Shown: positions 26,480 through 38,399 of the stretch, piece after piece
How positions within the stretch are numbered: the stretch's first letter is position 1
Layout: each line of letters opens with the position of its first letter
Assembly: GCF_964213995.1 (NCBI RefSeq)
Contig: NC_135807.1
Location: forward strand, 140,678,001-140,742,000
Direction: 5' to 3'
Origin: Mustelus asterias
Taxonomy: Eukaryota
Length of the DNA: 64,000 bases
The notes under the pieces: generated by a model
What the model was told of the DNA's origin: nothing
The model's database searches: none
What the model saw: only the letters and a program-made list of their open reading frames with translations
Position numbers and translations under genes: made by a program

Positions 26480-27931
26480 ACCTTCCCTGTAGCCAGTGAG
26501 GATACAAAGATTTCTCTCAAGGCCCCAGCAATTTCCTCCCTTGCCTCTCTCAGTATTCTGGGGTATATCCCATCAGGCCCTGGGGACTTGTCTACTAAGA
26601 ACGCCAATACCTCCTCCTTTTTGATCTCAACATGACTCAAACTATCTACACACCCTTCCCCAGACTCATCATCCACCAAGTCCTTCTCTTTGGTGAATAC
26701 TGACGCAAAGTACTCATTTAATACCTCACCCATTTCCTCTGGCTCCATGCTAGATTCCCTCCCCTGTCCTTGAGTGGGCCAATCCTCTCCCTGGCTACCC
26801 TCTTGCTCTTTACATATGGATAAAAAGTCTTGGGATTTTCCTTAATCCTGCTGGCCAATGACTTTTCATAACCCCTTTTAACTCTCCTTACTCCTTGCTT
26901 AAGTTTCTTTCTACTTTCCTTGTATTCCACACTTGCTTCGTGTGTCCCCGGTGTCCTAGCCTTGACAAACTGCTTCCCTTTTCTCTTTGACTAGGCTCAC
27001 AATATCTCTCGTTATCCAAGGTTCCCAAAACTTGCCATACTTATCCTTCATCCTTACAGGAATGTGCCGTTCCTGAATTCCTATCAACTTACACTTGAAA
27101 GCCTCCCACATGCCAGATGTTGATTTGCCCTTGAACATCTGTCCCCAATCTATATTCTTCAGTTCCTGTCTAATATTGTTGTAATTAGCCTTCCCAATGT
27201 TTAGCACCTTAACTTGAGGACTACACTTATCTTTATCCATCAGTACCTTAAAGCTTACTGAATTGTGGTCACTGTTCCCGAACTGCTCCCCTACTGAAAC
27301 GTCAACCACCTGGCCGGGCTCATTTCCCAATATCAGGTCCAGTATTGGCCCCTTCCCTAGTTGGACTATCTACATACTGTTTCAGGAAGCCCTCCTGGAT
27401 GCTCCTTACAAACTCTGCCCCATCCACGCCTCTAGCACTAAGTGAGTCCCAGTCAATATAGGGGAAATTAAAATCTCCCACCACAACAACCCTCTTGTTG
27501 CTGTGGAGAAAGGCAGAGCTGTGACTGGTGACAGGATTTTTGGGGTAAGAATTAGTTTTAAGTACTTTTCCGCGGGTGTTATTTATTTATTTAATATAGT
27601 TTTAAATTTTGGCGCGCAACCGGCAGTGGCCGCGGGGTTTACTGGGAAGGGTCTCTTGAGTTTTTTTTTTAGTGCACAGGAGGTTTAAAAGGCAGGTCCC
27701 ACTATCTAGCGGGCAGCGTTGGGAGCGGGCAGCGGAGTGAGACGGAGCTGAGTGAGAACTGAGGGGCTTTGGCTCATCGGGCTTAGGCAGAAAGGGCGAG
27801 CAGGGGTGAGTTTCTTATTTTTAAAAAATTTTATTTATAAGTTACTTTTCTCCGGGTACCTTGGTAGAAATAATTTGGAACAGAGAGGAATAATCTTCAT
27901 TCACTTTTTCCCTGTGTTTAAAAGGGCAATT

Positions 27932-28849
27932 ATGACTGTCAGGCCAGTATGTTGTTCCCAATGTAGGATGTGGGAGGTCCTGGAGGCTCCTAGCCTCCCG
28001 GACGACCATATCTGTGCTGGGTGTGTTGAGCTGCGGTTCCTAAGGGACCATGTTAGGGAACTGGAATTGCAGCTCGAGGACCTTCGCCGGGTTAGGGATA
28101 GTGAGGAGGTCATTGACAGGAGCTATCGGCAGGTGGTCACACCGGGACCACGGGAGGAGGGTAACTGGGTAACAGTGAGGAAGGAGAAAGCTCGGGTGAT
28201 GGTGAGCACCCCGGTGGATGTGCCCCTTAATAATAAGTACTCCTGTCTGAGTACTACTGGGGTGGACAGCCCACCTGGGGGAAGCAGCGGTGGCAGTGTC
28301 TCTGGAGCTGAGCCTGGCCCAGTAGTGCAAAGGGGTAAGGAAAGGAGGGTAGTGCTAATTGGGGACTCTACGGTGAGAGGGTCAGATAGGCGTTTTTGCG
28401 GACACAGACGGGACTCTCGGATGGTGGTTTGCCTCCCTGGTGCAGGGGTCCGGGATGTCTCTGGTCGAGTCCCAGAAATCCTGAAGGGGGAGGGAGAGGA
28501 GCCCAAGGTCGTGATGCATATAGGTACTGCTGACATAGGTAGGAAGAGGGAAGGGGTCATGAAAAGAGAATATAGGGAGTTGGGTAGACAGCTGAGAAAG
28601 AGGAATGCAAAGGTAGTAATCTCGGGATTGCTGCCTGTGCCGCGGGAGAGTGAGAACAGGAATCGGTGGAGAATTAATGCGTGGCTGAGGGACTGGAGCA
28701 AGGGACAAGGATTTGGGTACTTGGATCATTGGGACCTCTTTAGGGGCAGGTGTGACCTGTTTAAAAAAGACGGGTGGCACTTGAATCCCAGGGGGACCAA
28801 TATCCTGGCGGGAAGGTTGGCTAAGGCTACTGGTGAGACTTTAAACTAG
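27932..28849 (+). CDS. CR1 ORF1p (CxxC zinc finger, coiled coil, SGNH/GDSL esterase)
   Basis: MTVRPVCCSQCRMW...HICAGC, LIGDSTVR, CLPGA, HIGT, DGWHL; no stops. Confidence 0.9.
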   Translation: MTVRPVCCSQCRMWEVLEAPSLPDDHICAGCVELRFLRDHVRELELQLEDLRRVRDSEEVIDRSYRQVVTPGPREEGNWVTVRKEKARVMVSTPVDVPLNNKYSCLSTTGVDSPPGGSSGGSVSGAEPGPVVQRGKERRVVLIGDSTVRGSDRRFCGHRRDSRMVVCLPGAGVRDVSGRVPEILKGEGEEPKVVMHIGTADIGRKREGVMKREYRELGRQLRKRNAKVVISGLLPVPRESENRNRWRINAWLRDWSKGQGFGYLDHWDLFRGRCDLFKKDGWHLNPRGTNILAGRLAKATGETLN

Positions 28850-28854
28850 AAAGG

Positions 28855-31767
28855 TTGGGGGGAGGGAATCGAAATGAGGGGACTGAGAGCGAGGAGGTTA
28901 GCTCGCAAATAGATAAGGAATGTAGACAGGGTAAGAGGGAGGTTAGACGAGTGAGGGAGAAGGGAAGTGCTCAGGCTGAAGGTCTGAGATGTGTCTATTT
29001 TAATGCCAGGAGTGTAGTGAATAAAGTGGATGAGCTTGGAGCGTGGATTGCTGCTTCGAATTGTGATGTGGTGGCCATTACGGAGACTTGGATGTCTCAG
29101 GGACAGGACTGGGTGCTTCAGGTGCCGGGTTTTAGATGTTTCAGGAAGGACAGGGAGGGAGGCAAGAGAGGGGGGGGAGTGGCACTGTTGATCAGGGATA
29201 GTGTCACGGCTGTAGAGAAGGTGGACGCCGTGGAGGGACTGACTACGGAATCTCTGTGGGTGGAGGTTAGGAATAGGAAGGGGTCGGTAACTTTGCTGGG
29301 TGTTTTCTATAGGCCGCCCAATAGTAACAGAGATGTTGAGGAGCAGATGGGGAAACAGATCCTGGAGAGATGTAGGAATAACAGAGTTGTCGTGATGGGA
29401 GATTTTAATTTCCCAAACATAGATTGGAATATCCCTAGGGCTAGGGGTTTGGATGGAGAGGAGTTTGTTAGGTGTGTCCAGGAGAGTTTCCTGACACAGT
29501 ATGTGGATAAGCCTACTAGAGGAGAGGCTGTTCTTGATCTGGTGCTGGCTAATGAACCTGGACAGGTGGAGGATCTCTCGGTGGGTGAACATCTTGGGGA
29601 TAGCGATCATAATTCTATCTCCTTCACGATAGCATTGGAAAGAGATAGGGTCAGGCAGGCTAGGAAAGTGTTTCTCTGGAGTAAAGGGAAATACAGTGTC
29701 ATCAGGGAGGAAATTAGACGGGTAAATTGGAAGGAGGCATTCTTGGGGAAAAGTACCGAAGGAAAGTGGAGGATTTTCAAGGAATGTTTGTCTGGAGCTC
29801 TGCATGACAACGTTCCGATGAGACAGGGGGGTGTTGGTAGGGTACGGGAACCGTGGTGCACGAAGGTTGTGATGAACCTGGTGAATAAGAAAAGAGAGGC
29901 GTACAGAAGGTTCAGAGAGCTAGGAGGTGTTAAGGATTTAGAGGAGTATACGCGATGTAGGAAGGAGCTTAAGAAGGAAATTAGGAGAGCGAGAAGGGGT
30001 CATGAGAAGACCTTGGCGGGTAAGATTAAGGAGAATCCCAAGGCTTTCTACAAATATGTCAAGAGTAAAAGGATGAGATGTGAAGGCATAGGACCCTTAA
30101 AAGGTGAAGGGGGAAAAGTTTGTGCGGAACCGTTAGAAATGGCGGAGCTGCTTAATGAATACTTTACCTCGGTATTCACGGTGGAAAGGGATCTGGGTGG
30201 TTGTACTGCTGGATTGCGGAGGACAGAAAGGATCGAGCATGTGGACATAAAGAAAGAGGATGTGTTGGAACTATTGAATGGCATCAAGGTTGGTAAGTCG
30301 CCGGGACCGGATGGGATGTACCCCAGGTTACTGTGGGAGGCGAGGGAGGAGATTGCGGAGCCTTTGGCGATGATCTTTGCATCGTCGATGGAGACGGGAG
30401 AGGTTCCGGAGGATTGGAGGATTGCGGATGTGGTCCCTATATTCAAGAAAGGGAACAGGGACAGCCCGGGAAATTACCGACCGGTGAGTCTAACCTCAGT
30501 GGTTGGTAAGTTGATGGAGAGGATCCTGAGAGACAGGATTTATGATCATCTAGAGAAGTTTAGTATGATCAAAAGTAGTCAGCACGGCTTTGTCAGGGGC
30601 AGGTCGTGCCTTACGAGCCTGGTTGAGTTCTTTGAAAATGTGACCAAGCACATTGACGAAGGAAGAGCGGTGGATGTGGTCTATATGGACTTCAGCAAAG
30701 CGTTCGATAAGGTCCCCCATGCAAGACTTCTTGAGAAAGTGAGAGGGCATGGGATCCAAGGGGCTGTTGCCTTGTGGATCCAGAACTGGCTTGCCTGCAG
30801 AAGGCAGAGAGTGGCTGTGGAGGGGTCTTTCTCTGCATGGAGGTCAGTGACCAGTGGAGTGCCCCAGGGATCTGTTCTGGGACCCTTGCTGTTTGTCATT
30901 TTCATAAATGACCTGGATGAGGAAGTGGAGGGATGGGTTGGTAAGTTTGCTGACGACACCAAGGTAGGTGGTGTTGTGGATAGTTTGGAGGGATGTCAGA
31001 AGTTGCAGCGAGACATAGATAGAATGCAAGACTGGGCGGAGAAGTGGCAGATGGACTTCAACCCGGATAAGTGTGTAGTGATCCATTTTGGCAGATCCAA
31101 TGGGATGGAGCAGCAGTATAAAATGAAGGGTACCATTCTTAGCAGTGTAGAGGATCAGAAGGACCTTGGGGTCCGGGTCCATAGGACTCTTAAATCGGCC
31201 TCGCAGGTGGAGGATGCGGTCAAGAAGGCGTATGGCGTACTAGCCTTCATTAATCGAGGGATTGAGTTTAGGAGTCGGGAGATAATGCTGCAGCTTTATA
31301 GGACCCTGGTTAGACCCCACTTGGAGTACTGCGCGCAGTTCTGGTCACCTCATTACAGGAAAGATGTTGAAGCCATTGAAAGGGTGCAGAGGAGATTTAC
31401 AAGGATGTTGCCTGGATTGGGGGGCATGCCTTATGAGGATAGGTTGAGGGAGCTTGGTCTCTTCTCCCTGGAGAGACGAAGGATGAGAGGTGACCTGATA
31501 GAGGTTTACAAGATGTTGAGGGGTCTGGATAGGGTGGACTCTCAGAGGCTATTTCCAAGGGCTGAAATGGTTGCTACGAGAGGACACAGGTTTAAGGTGC
31601 TGGGGGGTAGGTACAGGGGGGATGTCAGGGGTAAGTTTTTCACTCAGAGGGTGGTGGGTGAGTGGAATCGGCTGACGTCGGTGGTGGTGGAGGCAAACTC
31701 GTTGGGGTCTTTTAAGAGACTTCTGGATGAGTACATGGGATTTAATGGGATTGAGGGCTATAGATAG
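28855..31767 (+). CDS. CR1 ORF2p (APE endonuclease + reverse transcriptase), about 970 aa
   Basis: NARS, ITETW, YRPP, GDFN, SDHN, PGPDG, YMDFSKAFD, GVPQGSVLGP and FADD motifs in one frame. Confidence 0.93.
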   Translation: MGGGNRNEGTESEEVSSQIDKECRQGKREVRRVREKGSAQAEGLRCVYFNARSVVNKVDELGAWIAASNCDVVAITETWMSQGQDWVLQVPGFRCFRKDREGGKRGGGVALLIRDSVTAVEKVDAVEGLTTESLWVEVRNRKGSVTLLGVFYRPPNSNRDVEEQMGKQILERCRNNRVVVMGDFNFPNIDWNIPRARGLDGEEFVRCVQESFLTQYVDKPTRGEAVLDLVLANEPGQVEDLSVGEHLGDSDHNSISFTIALERDRVRQARKVFLWSKGKYSVIREEIRRVNWKEAFLGKSTEGKWRIFKECLSGALHDNVPMRQGGVGRVREPWCTKVVMNLVNKKREAYRRFRELGGVKDLEEYTRCRKELKKEIRRARRGHEKTLAGKIKENPKAFYKYVKSKRMRCEGIGPLKGEGGKVCAEPLEMAELLNEYFTSVFTVERDLGGCTAGLRRTERIEHVDIKKEDVLELLNGIKVGKSPGPDGMYPRLLWEAREEIAEPLAMIFASSMETGEVPEDWRIADVVPIFKKGNRDSPGNYRPVSLTSVVGKLMERILRDRIYDHLEKFSMIKSSQHGFVRGRSCLTSLVEFFENVTKHIDEGRAVDVVYMDFSKAFDKVPHARLLEKVRGHGIQGAVALWIQNWLACRRQRVAVEGSFSAWRSVTSGVPQGSVLGPLLFVIFINDLDEEVEGWVGKFADDTKVGGVVDSLEGCQKLQRDIDRMQDWAEKWQMDFNPDKCVVIHFGRSNGMEQQYKMKGTILSSVEDQKDLGVRVHRTLKSASQVEDAVKKAYGVLAFINRGIEFRSREIMLQLYRTLVRPHLEYCAQFWSPHYRKDVEAIERVQRRFTRMLPGLGGMPYEDRLRELGLFSLERRRMRGDLIEVYKMLRGLDRVDSQRLFPRAEMVATRGHRFKVLGGRYRGDVRGKFFTQRVVGEWNRLTSVVVEANSLGSFKRLLDEYMGFNGIEGYR

Positions 31768-33124
31768 GCCTAGAGGTGGGGATGTGATCGGCGCAACTTG
31801 TGGGCCGAAGGGCCTGTTTGTGCTGTGACTTTCTATGTTCTATGTTCTAACCCTGTTATGTTTACATCTTGCCAAAATCTGCCTACATATCTGTTCCTCT
31901 ATCTCCTGCTGGCTGTTGGGTGGCCTATAGTAAATTCCGAACATTGTGACTACACCCTTCCTATTCCTGAGCTCTACCCATATTGCCTCGCTGTGTGAGC
32001 ACTCTGAGGTGTCCTCCCACAGTACAGCTGTGATACCCTCCTTAACCAGTAGTGCAACTCCGCCACCCCTTTTACATCCTCCTCTATCCTGCCTGAAACA
32101 TCTATATCCTGGAATGTTAGGCTGCCAATCCTGTCCTTCCCTTAACCAAGTCTCTGTAATAGCAACAACATCATAGTTCCAAGTGCTAATCCAAGCTCTA
32201 AGTTCATCTGCCTTACCTGCTACACTTCTCGCATTGAAACAAATGCACTTCAGTCCACCAGACCCTCTCTGATTAGCAATCCCACCCTGCCTGCTCTTTC
32301 TCTGAGTCTTACTGGCCCTACTCTCTGGTTCCCCTTCAGTTAATTCACCTTTGCTTTGGCTCCCACCCCCCTGCAAAACTAGTTTAAATCCTCCCGTGTG
32401 ACACGAGCAAACCTCCCGCCCAGAATATTTATGCCTTTCCAGTTTAGATGCAACCAGTCTTTCTTCTACAGGTTCCACCTGCCCCTGAAGAGACCCCAAT
32501 GTTCCAGATATCTGAAACCCTCCCTCCTACACCAGCTGTTTAGCCACGTGTTGAGCTGCACTATCTTCCTATTCCTAGCTGCACTGACACGTGGCACAGG
32601 GAGTAATCCTGAAATTACAACCCCACAGATCCTGCTTTTTAACTTTCTACCTAACTCCCTAAACTGCTGCTGCAAGACCTCATCACTCTTCCTGCCTATG
32701 TCGCTAGTACCAATATGTACCACGACCTCTGGCTGTTCACCCACTCCCTTCAGAATGCTTTCTACCCGTTCAGAGACATCCTGGACCCTGGCACCAGGGA
32801 GGCAACATGTCATAAAATGGACACAAAGTAAACAGCTACCCTTACCTGCCCCTTCATCCCTTTACCATTAGGGAGCCTGGAATAGCGCAGACAGGACAAG
32901 TGAGTGAAATGCCCCATTAATGCTCTCCACTGATGGTAGTCAGGGGTTACTCATCAGTGTTGACACTGACTGAATCTTCCCAGTTCCCCACAGTTTTTGT
33001 TTTAGCTGTGATTGGTTCTCTGAGCCTAGATTATCCATTACTTTTCATCCCTATTTCTAAAGTTTTACCCTCTCCCTGTGACAGTCCCTCACCTTATACC
33101 TTGAGCCATATCCTACGGACCTAA

Positions 33125-33702
33125 TAAGAACATAAGAACTAGGAGCAGGAGCAGGAGTTGGCCATCCGGCCCTTCGAGCCTGCTCCGCCATTCAATAAGA
33201 TCATGGCTGATCTTTTTGTGGACTCAGCTCCACTTACCCGCCCGTTCACCATAACCCTTAATCCTTTACTGTTCAAAAATGTATCTATCCTTGCCTTAAA
33301 AACATTCAATGAGGTAGCCTCAACTGCTTCACTGGGCAGGGAATTCCACAGATTCACAACCCTTTGTGTGAAGAAGTTCCTCCTCAACTCAGTCCTACAT
33401 CTGCTTCCCCTTATTTTGAGGCTAGTTCTAGTTTCACCCACCAGTGGAAACAACTTCCCTGCTTCTACCTTATCTATTCCCTTCATAATCTTATATGTTT
33501 CTATAAGATCTCCCCTCATTCTTCTGAATTCCAATGAGTATAGCCCCAGTCTACTCAGCCTCTCCTCATAAGCCAACCCTCTCAATTCCGAAATCAACTT
33601 AGTGAATCTCCTCTGCACCCCCTCCAGTGCCAGTATATCCTTTCTCAAGTAAGGAGACCAGTCCTCCAGGTGAGGCCTCACCAGCATCTTATACAGCTGC
33701 AA
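33125..33702 (-). mobile_element. CR1 3' fragment, same subfamily as 2456-6735
   Basis: ORF 33139-33702 closely resembles 5929-6717; tail present. Confidence 0.88.
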
Positions 33703-34675
33703 TCTCTGACTCTGTTATCTAGTAACACTTTGGTTCATCATCATTCAGTCACTAAAGCCTATGCGGTGAGGGATGGGGGGTGGGGGGTGGTTGGGGGGTG
33801 GGGGTGGGGGGGGGGGGGGGATATTTGCGAAACCTCCCTCCTGTGATTAGTGATGTCACTGCTGAATGGTTCCCTGTTCAATATTCCCCCACTAGAGGAA
33901 ATTATATTTCTGCATCTATTCTAAGGAATTCTTTTTTTAAATCATTTTAAACACACCTCAATCATCTGTACTCAAGAGAATACAAGCCTAGTTTATGTAT
34001 TCTGTCATCATAACTTAACCCATCATTATGCAAACGTTTAAGGTACCCTCCCTGGCCTAGGGCATTCAAAATGAAGGCAGTTCTTCAGTTAGGGTGTGAT
34101 CAAGACTTTGTGGTTTAGTGGCAACACTTTCACTTCTGAGTTGGAAAGTCATGAGTTCAATTCCATCTCTAGAAACCTAAATACAGGATGTATGCTGACG
34201 TTTTAGTGAAGGAGTGCTGCATTACCCAGATGCCACGTACCAACTGAGACATGAACTGAGTGCTGCCTGTCTGTCGGGTGACTCCATAACACTGTTTGGA
34301 GGCAAACTTCTCTGTATTGTCATCAGATTCGTTATGTCATCTCACTGCTGTATGCAGAGCCAAGCTTTGTGCAAATTGACTGCTGCGTTTTATTTTACAG
34401 CGAATACACTGCAAAAGTATTGCTTTCTCTCTTTGCAACAATAAAACAATTTTTGAATATTCTTCTTGATTACACTTTACTCCTTTCTTTTAGAGGCCTG
34501 AACACTAAAATGCTACCGCTCTCCCGCACTTCCTACATTCTCAGCATCAGTGAATGAGCTTACATTTCCACGCATTGATCAACATTTGCCTCTTTGTTTA
34601 AACTGCTAATGTCCATTTGTAATTTGCTGTTTCCATTTACACAAATTACAGCTCTCTATCCTTTCACCCATTAAT

Positions 34676-34897
34676 ATACATATACACACGTACACACACA
34701 CACATGTACACATACACACACATACAAGCACTCACTCACAGGTACATACACGCACATACAAACATACACAAACACTCACACACTTACATACATACATACA
34801 AACATACACAAATACACACACAAACATACACCACATATACACACATACACACACACAGACATGGACATACACACATACGCACACAAACATACACATA
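34676..34897. repeat. Degenerate (CA/TA)n microsatellite
   Basis: Read directly. Confidence 0.9.
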
Positions 34898-36181
34898 TGG
34901 TGGAGTTCTTCAAAAATGTGACAACACATTGACGAAGGGAAAGCGGTAGATGTGGTTTATATGGATTTTAGCAAGGCGTTCTAGAAAAAGTGAGAGGGCA
35001 TGGGATCCAAGGGGCTGCTGCCCTGTGGATCCAGAACTGACTTGCCCAAAGCTAATGGTATTTGCTACCAAATAAACCTGTTGGACTTTAACCTGGTGTT
35101 GATAAAACTCTTACTGTGTTTGCCTAAAGGAGGCAGAGAGTGGGTATAGATGAGTCTTTTTCTAAATGGAGGTCGGTCACCAGTGGTGTGCCCCAGGGAT
35201 CTGTTCTGGGACCCTTGCTGTTTGTCATTTTCATAAATGAGCTGGATGAGGAAGTGGAGGGGTGGGTTGGTAAGTTTGCCGACGACACGAAGGTTGATGG
35301 GGTTGTGGATAGTCTGGAGGGATGTCAGAAGTTACAGAGGGACATAGATAGGATGCAAGACTGGCCGGAGAAGTGGCAGATGGACTTCAAGCCAGATAAA
35401 TGCGTAGTGGTCAATTTTGGTAGGTCAAATGGGATGAAGGAGTACAATATAAAGGGAAAGACTCTTAGTACTGTAGAGGGTCAGAAGGACCTTGGAGTCC
35501 GAGTCCATAGGACTCTAAAATCGGCCCCGCAGGTGGAGGAGGTGGTTAAGAAGGCGTATGGTGTGCCAGCCTTTATCAATCGAGGGATTGAGTTTAAGAG
35601 TCCGGGGATAATGATGCAGCTATATAAGACCCTCGTCAGACCCCACTTGGAGTACTGTGCTCAGTTCTGCTCGCCTCATTACAGGAAGGATGTGGAAAAG
35701 ATTGAAAGGGTGCAGAGGCGATTTACAAGGATGTTGCCTGGATTGAGTGGCATGCCTTATGAGGATAGGCTGAGGGAGCTCGGTCTTTTCTCCTTGGAGA
35801 CATGTAGGATGAGAGGAGACCTAATAGAGGTATATCAGATGTTGAGAGGCATAGATCGGGTGGACTCTCAGAGGCTTTTTCCCAGGGTGGAAATGTCTGC
35901 TACGAGAGGACACAGGTTTAAGGTGCTGGGGGTAGGTACAGGGGAAATGTTAGGGGGAAGTTTTTCACACAGAGGGTGTTGGGCGAGTGGAATCAGCTGC
36001 CGTCAGTGGTGGTGGAGGCAAACTCAATAGGGTCTTTTAAGAGACTCCTGGATGAGTACATGGGACTTAATAGGATGGAGGGTCATAGGTAGGCCAAAAA
36101 GGTAGGGATATGTTTGGCACAACTTGTGGGGCTGAAGGGCCTGTTTTGTGCTGTAGTTTTTCTATGTTTCTATGTTTCTAT
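34898..36181 (+). mobile_element. 5'-truncated CR1 with a small Penelope-type fragment inserted (about 35048-35122)
   Basis: RT ORF 35140-36030 and (TTTCTATG)n tail. The insert matches the AAATAAACCTGTTGGACTTTAACCTGG PLE end. Confidence 0.85.
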
Positions 36182-36183
36182 AT

Positions 36184-36495
36184 TAAAGTGCAAAGTTTAT
36201 TTATCAGTGTCAGAAATAGGCTTAATTTAGCACGGCATTAACGTTACTATGAAAATCCCCGAGTCGCCACACTCCGGTGCCTGTTCGGGTACACTGAGGG
36301 AGAATTTAGCAAGGCCAATGCACCTAACTAGCACATCTTTCGGACTGTGGGAGGAAACCGGAGCATCCAGAGGAAACCCATGCAGACACGGGGAGAATGT
36401 GCAGACTCCACACAGACAGTGACCCAAGCCGGGAATTGAACCCTGGTCCCTGGTGCTGTGAGGCAGCAGTGCTAACCATTGTGCCATCATGCTGC
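36184..36495 (-). mobile_element. tRNA-derived V-SINE (HE1-related head and core, alternative tail)
   Basis: Reverse strand reads GGCACAATGGTTAGCACTGCTGCCTCACAGC...GGTTCAATTCCC and core GTGTCTGCATGGGTTTCCTC. Same tail type as 52078-52370. Confidence 0.8.
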
Positions 36496-37494
36496 CGGTA
36501 CACACATATACACATACATATGCACACACACACACACGGTTCCTCTCAATGCATTTTTAGGCCACCCGGTACTCGATCATTTATTTATCGATTTTCTTTT
36601 CCAGTGTGAAAACGGATGCAAAACACTCCTTTAACAATTCTATCTTTTCCTTATTTTCAATTACATTCTCACCCGCATCCGTGTTCAGCAGCTCCATAGA
36701 TCACCTTTCCTGGCTGCTCACAGCTCCCCTGCTGCTCTCCACCAAGGGGAATGAAAACATGCCGGCTAAAATTCCCTGTTCCACCTCTAATAATAGTAGG
36801 AAGTCTCACAACACCAGGTTAAAGTCCAACAGGTTTATTTGGTACTTACCCCAGTCCATCGCCGGCATCTCCACATCATGGCTACCTGTAATAAAACAGA
36901 AATACCGGGAAATATCCGCAGTGCCGGCAGCTTCTGTGGAGAGAGAAAGGGAGTTAGAGTTTGCAGTCAGATATGACTTCTTTGGAACTGAAGAGAGGTA
37001 GAAATGTGACGGTTTTATGTTGTCGAAAGCGGGGAGGGGGAGGCAGAGCGCAGGAACAAGTCTGGAATAGGCCAGATCCTGGGGAGATTAAATGGCAAAG
37101 ATGTCAGAGGGAATGGGTGGTTGTAGGAAAGGAAGGCAGCATTAGCCCAGTGAGTTTTAATGGCAGAATAATGGAAATCTCCTCGGAAATCAAACACATT
37201 GAAAACAAGGTACAGAAATCACATGGTAAAAAACCCAGAATCAAATAGAGGAGAGAGTTCACGGTGTGAAATTGCTAAATGGTCCGTGCAGAGCAGCAAT
37301 GGTCTCCATCTGCCCATCATATGGCTATGATGACTCCTCCCTTCGTGTAGAATATATACCGGGGTCATCACGAGAGGCTCAGCAAGAGGTGACCGGCCAG
37401 TTCACACTAAGCCAGGGCCGCTCCGACTCACTTCCTCCGCCACTCCTGCTGGAGCCGGCTTTTTGGACAGAAAACAATCCCGGAGTCAGGGAAG

Positions 37495-37534
37495 ATGTTC
37501 CTTTCATTCGGCCTAGCGCTTACTCTGCTGTCTT
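37495..37534 (+). CDS. TRGV: TCR gamma V3 leader exon (MFLSFGLALTLLS, phase-1 donor GTAAGT)
   Basis: ATG at 37495, hydrophobic peptide, consensus donor at 37535, phase matches the V exon. Confidence 0.88.
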
Positions 37535-37728
37535 GTAAGTTACCCAGAGACAATTAAACAGTTTAGAAATGAAACACTCTGGCATGGCATGGTAGAATCG
37601 GGTGTTACAGAGGAGGCCATTTGGCTTATCCTCTTTGTGCTGATATCCGCAGCATGTTTTGTTGTAAAGACTCGAATAGCAGCAATGGTCTCTGATTCCA
37701 ATGCCTCTCTCTTTCTGTCTCTCTCCAG

Positions 37729-38036
37729 CCGTGTGTGTCGCCCTCGTGTCCTTGAAACAAGAGTTTTTATCCATTACCAGAGGCTCTGGGAAAACGGCGC
37801 GATTCGTCTGCCAGATTGAACACTTGGATAATATAATGTCACAGCCCATATACTGGTACCAACAGAGAGGGACACATATCCGCGGTATTGTCTATCACAG
37901 GTCCCAGAAAAACAGTTGGCTGCACCCAGACTTTACCTCCCGATTCAATGTGGAAATTATTGACAGTTCTGTTGTACTTGTGATCGATCGCATTACATTG
38001 GGCGACACGGCCACTTATTACTGCGCCGTTATATCC
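37729..38036 (+). CDS. TRGV: TCR gamma variable exon V3, divergent (VCVALVSLKQEFLSIT...FVC...IYWYQQ...GDTATYYCAVIS)
   Basis: Long polypyrimidine tract + CAG acceptor, intact Cys/Trp/Cys framework, RSS follows. Confidence 0.9.
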
Positions 38037-38075
38037 CACGGCGCTGTTGTTGTATTGAACCTTAGTACAAAAACC
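38037..38075 (+). promoter_or_regulatory. V3 RSS, 23-bp spacer (CACGGCG-23-ACAAAAACC)
   Basis: CAC-starting heptamer, exact 23-nt spacer, perfect nonamer. Confidence 0.92.
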
Positions 38076-38399
38076 TCCCGTTTTGTAAAGCTGCAGAAAG
38101 AACTTTCTGGAGATTGTCAATCCATCGACCTCAGCTGTAAGATCATGGCAGCTCTGGAGACTACTCTTAGAGTTTTAGTCCTCTCTATTTCCAAACTATG
38201 GGGCCATTCCCTCCTCCCATCTGTCCGGAGAACCCCCAGTTGCTCATTCTTCACTGCAGAGCTTTAGCCCCTGGACACTCGCATTGGTGGTTGATCTCTC
38301 AGCCTGGTTCTCTCTACAGCACAGTAAAAAGTCTCACAAAACCAGGTTAAAGTCCAAAAGGTTTATTTGGTAAAGTGGTAAATCTCTCTACAGCAGGCA

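Larger units (their letters stand above)
27494..31848 (+). mobile_element. Full-length CR1 LINE with both ORFs intact, 6-bp TSD AACCCT
   Basis: 5' UTR, ORF1, ORF2 and (TTCTATG)n tail. AACCCT at 27488-27493 and 31849-31854. The host CR1 continues across it. Confidence 0.95.
24842..32812 (-). mobile_element. Older CR1 LINE broken into pieces (24842-25053, 26480-27493, 31849-32812) by later insertions
   Basis: Collinear minus-strand ORF1 esterase, APE and RT-linker fragments continue across the inserts. Confidence 0.8.

Noticed and set aside
37589-37819. ORF MVESGVTEEAIWLILFVLISAACF as the V3 leader
   Set aside because: It lies in the leader intron and lacks a good in-phase donor. The exon at 37495-37534 has a consensus GTAAGT donor in the correct phase.
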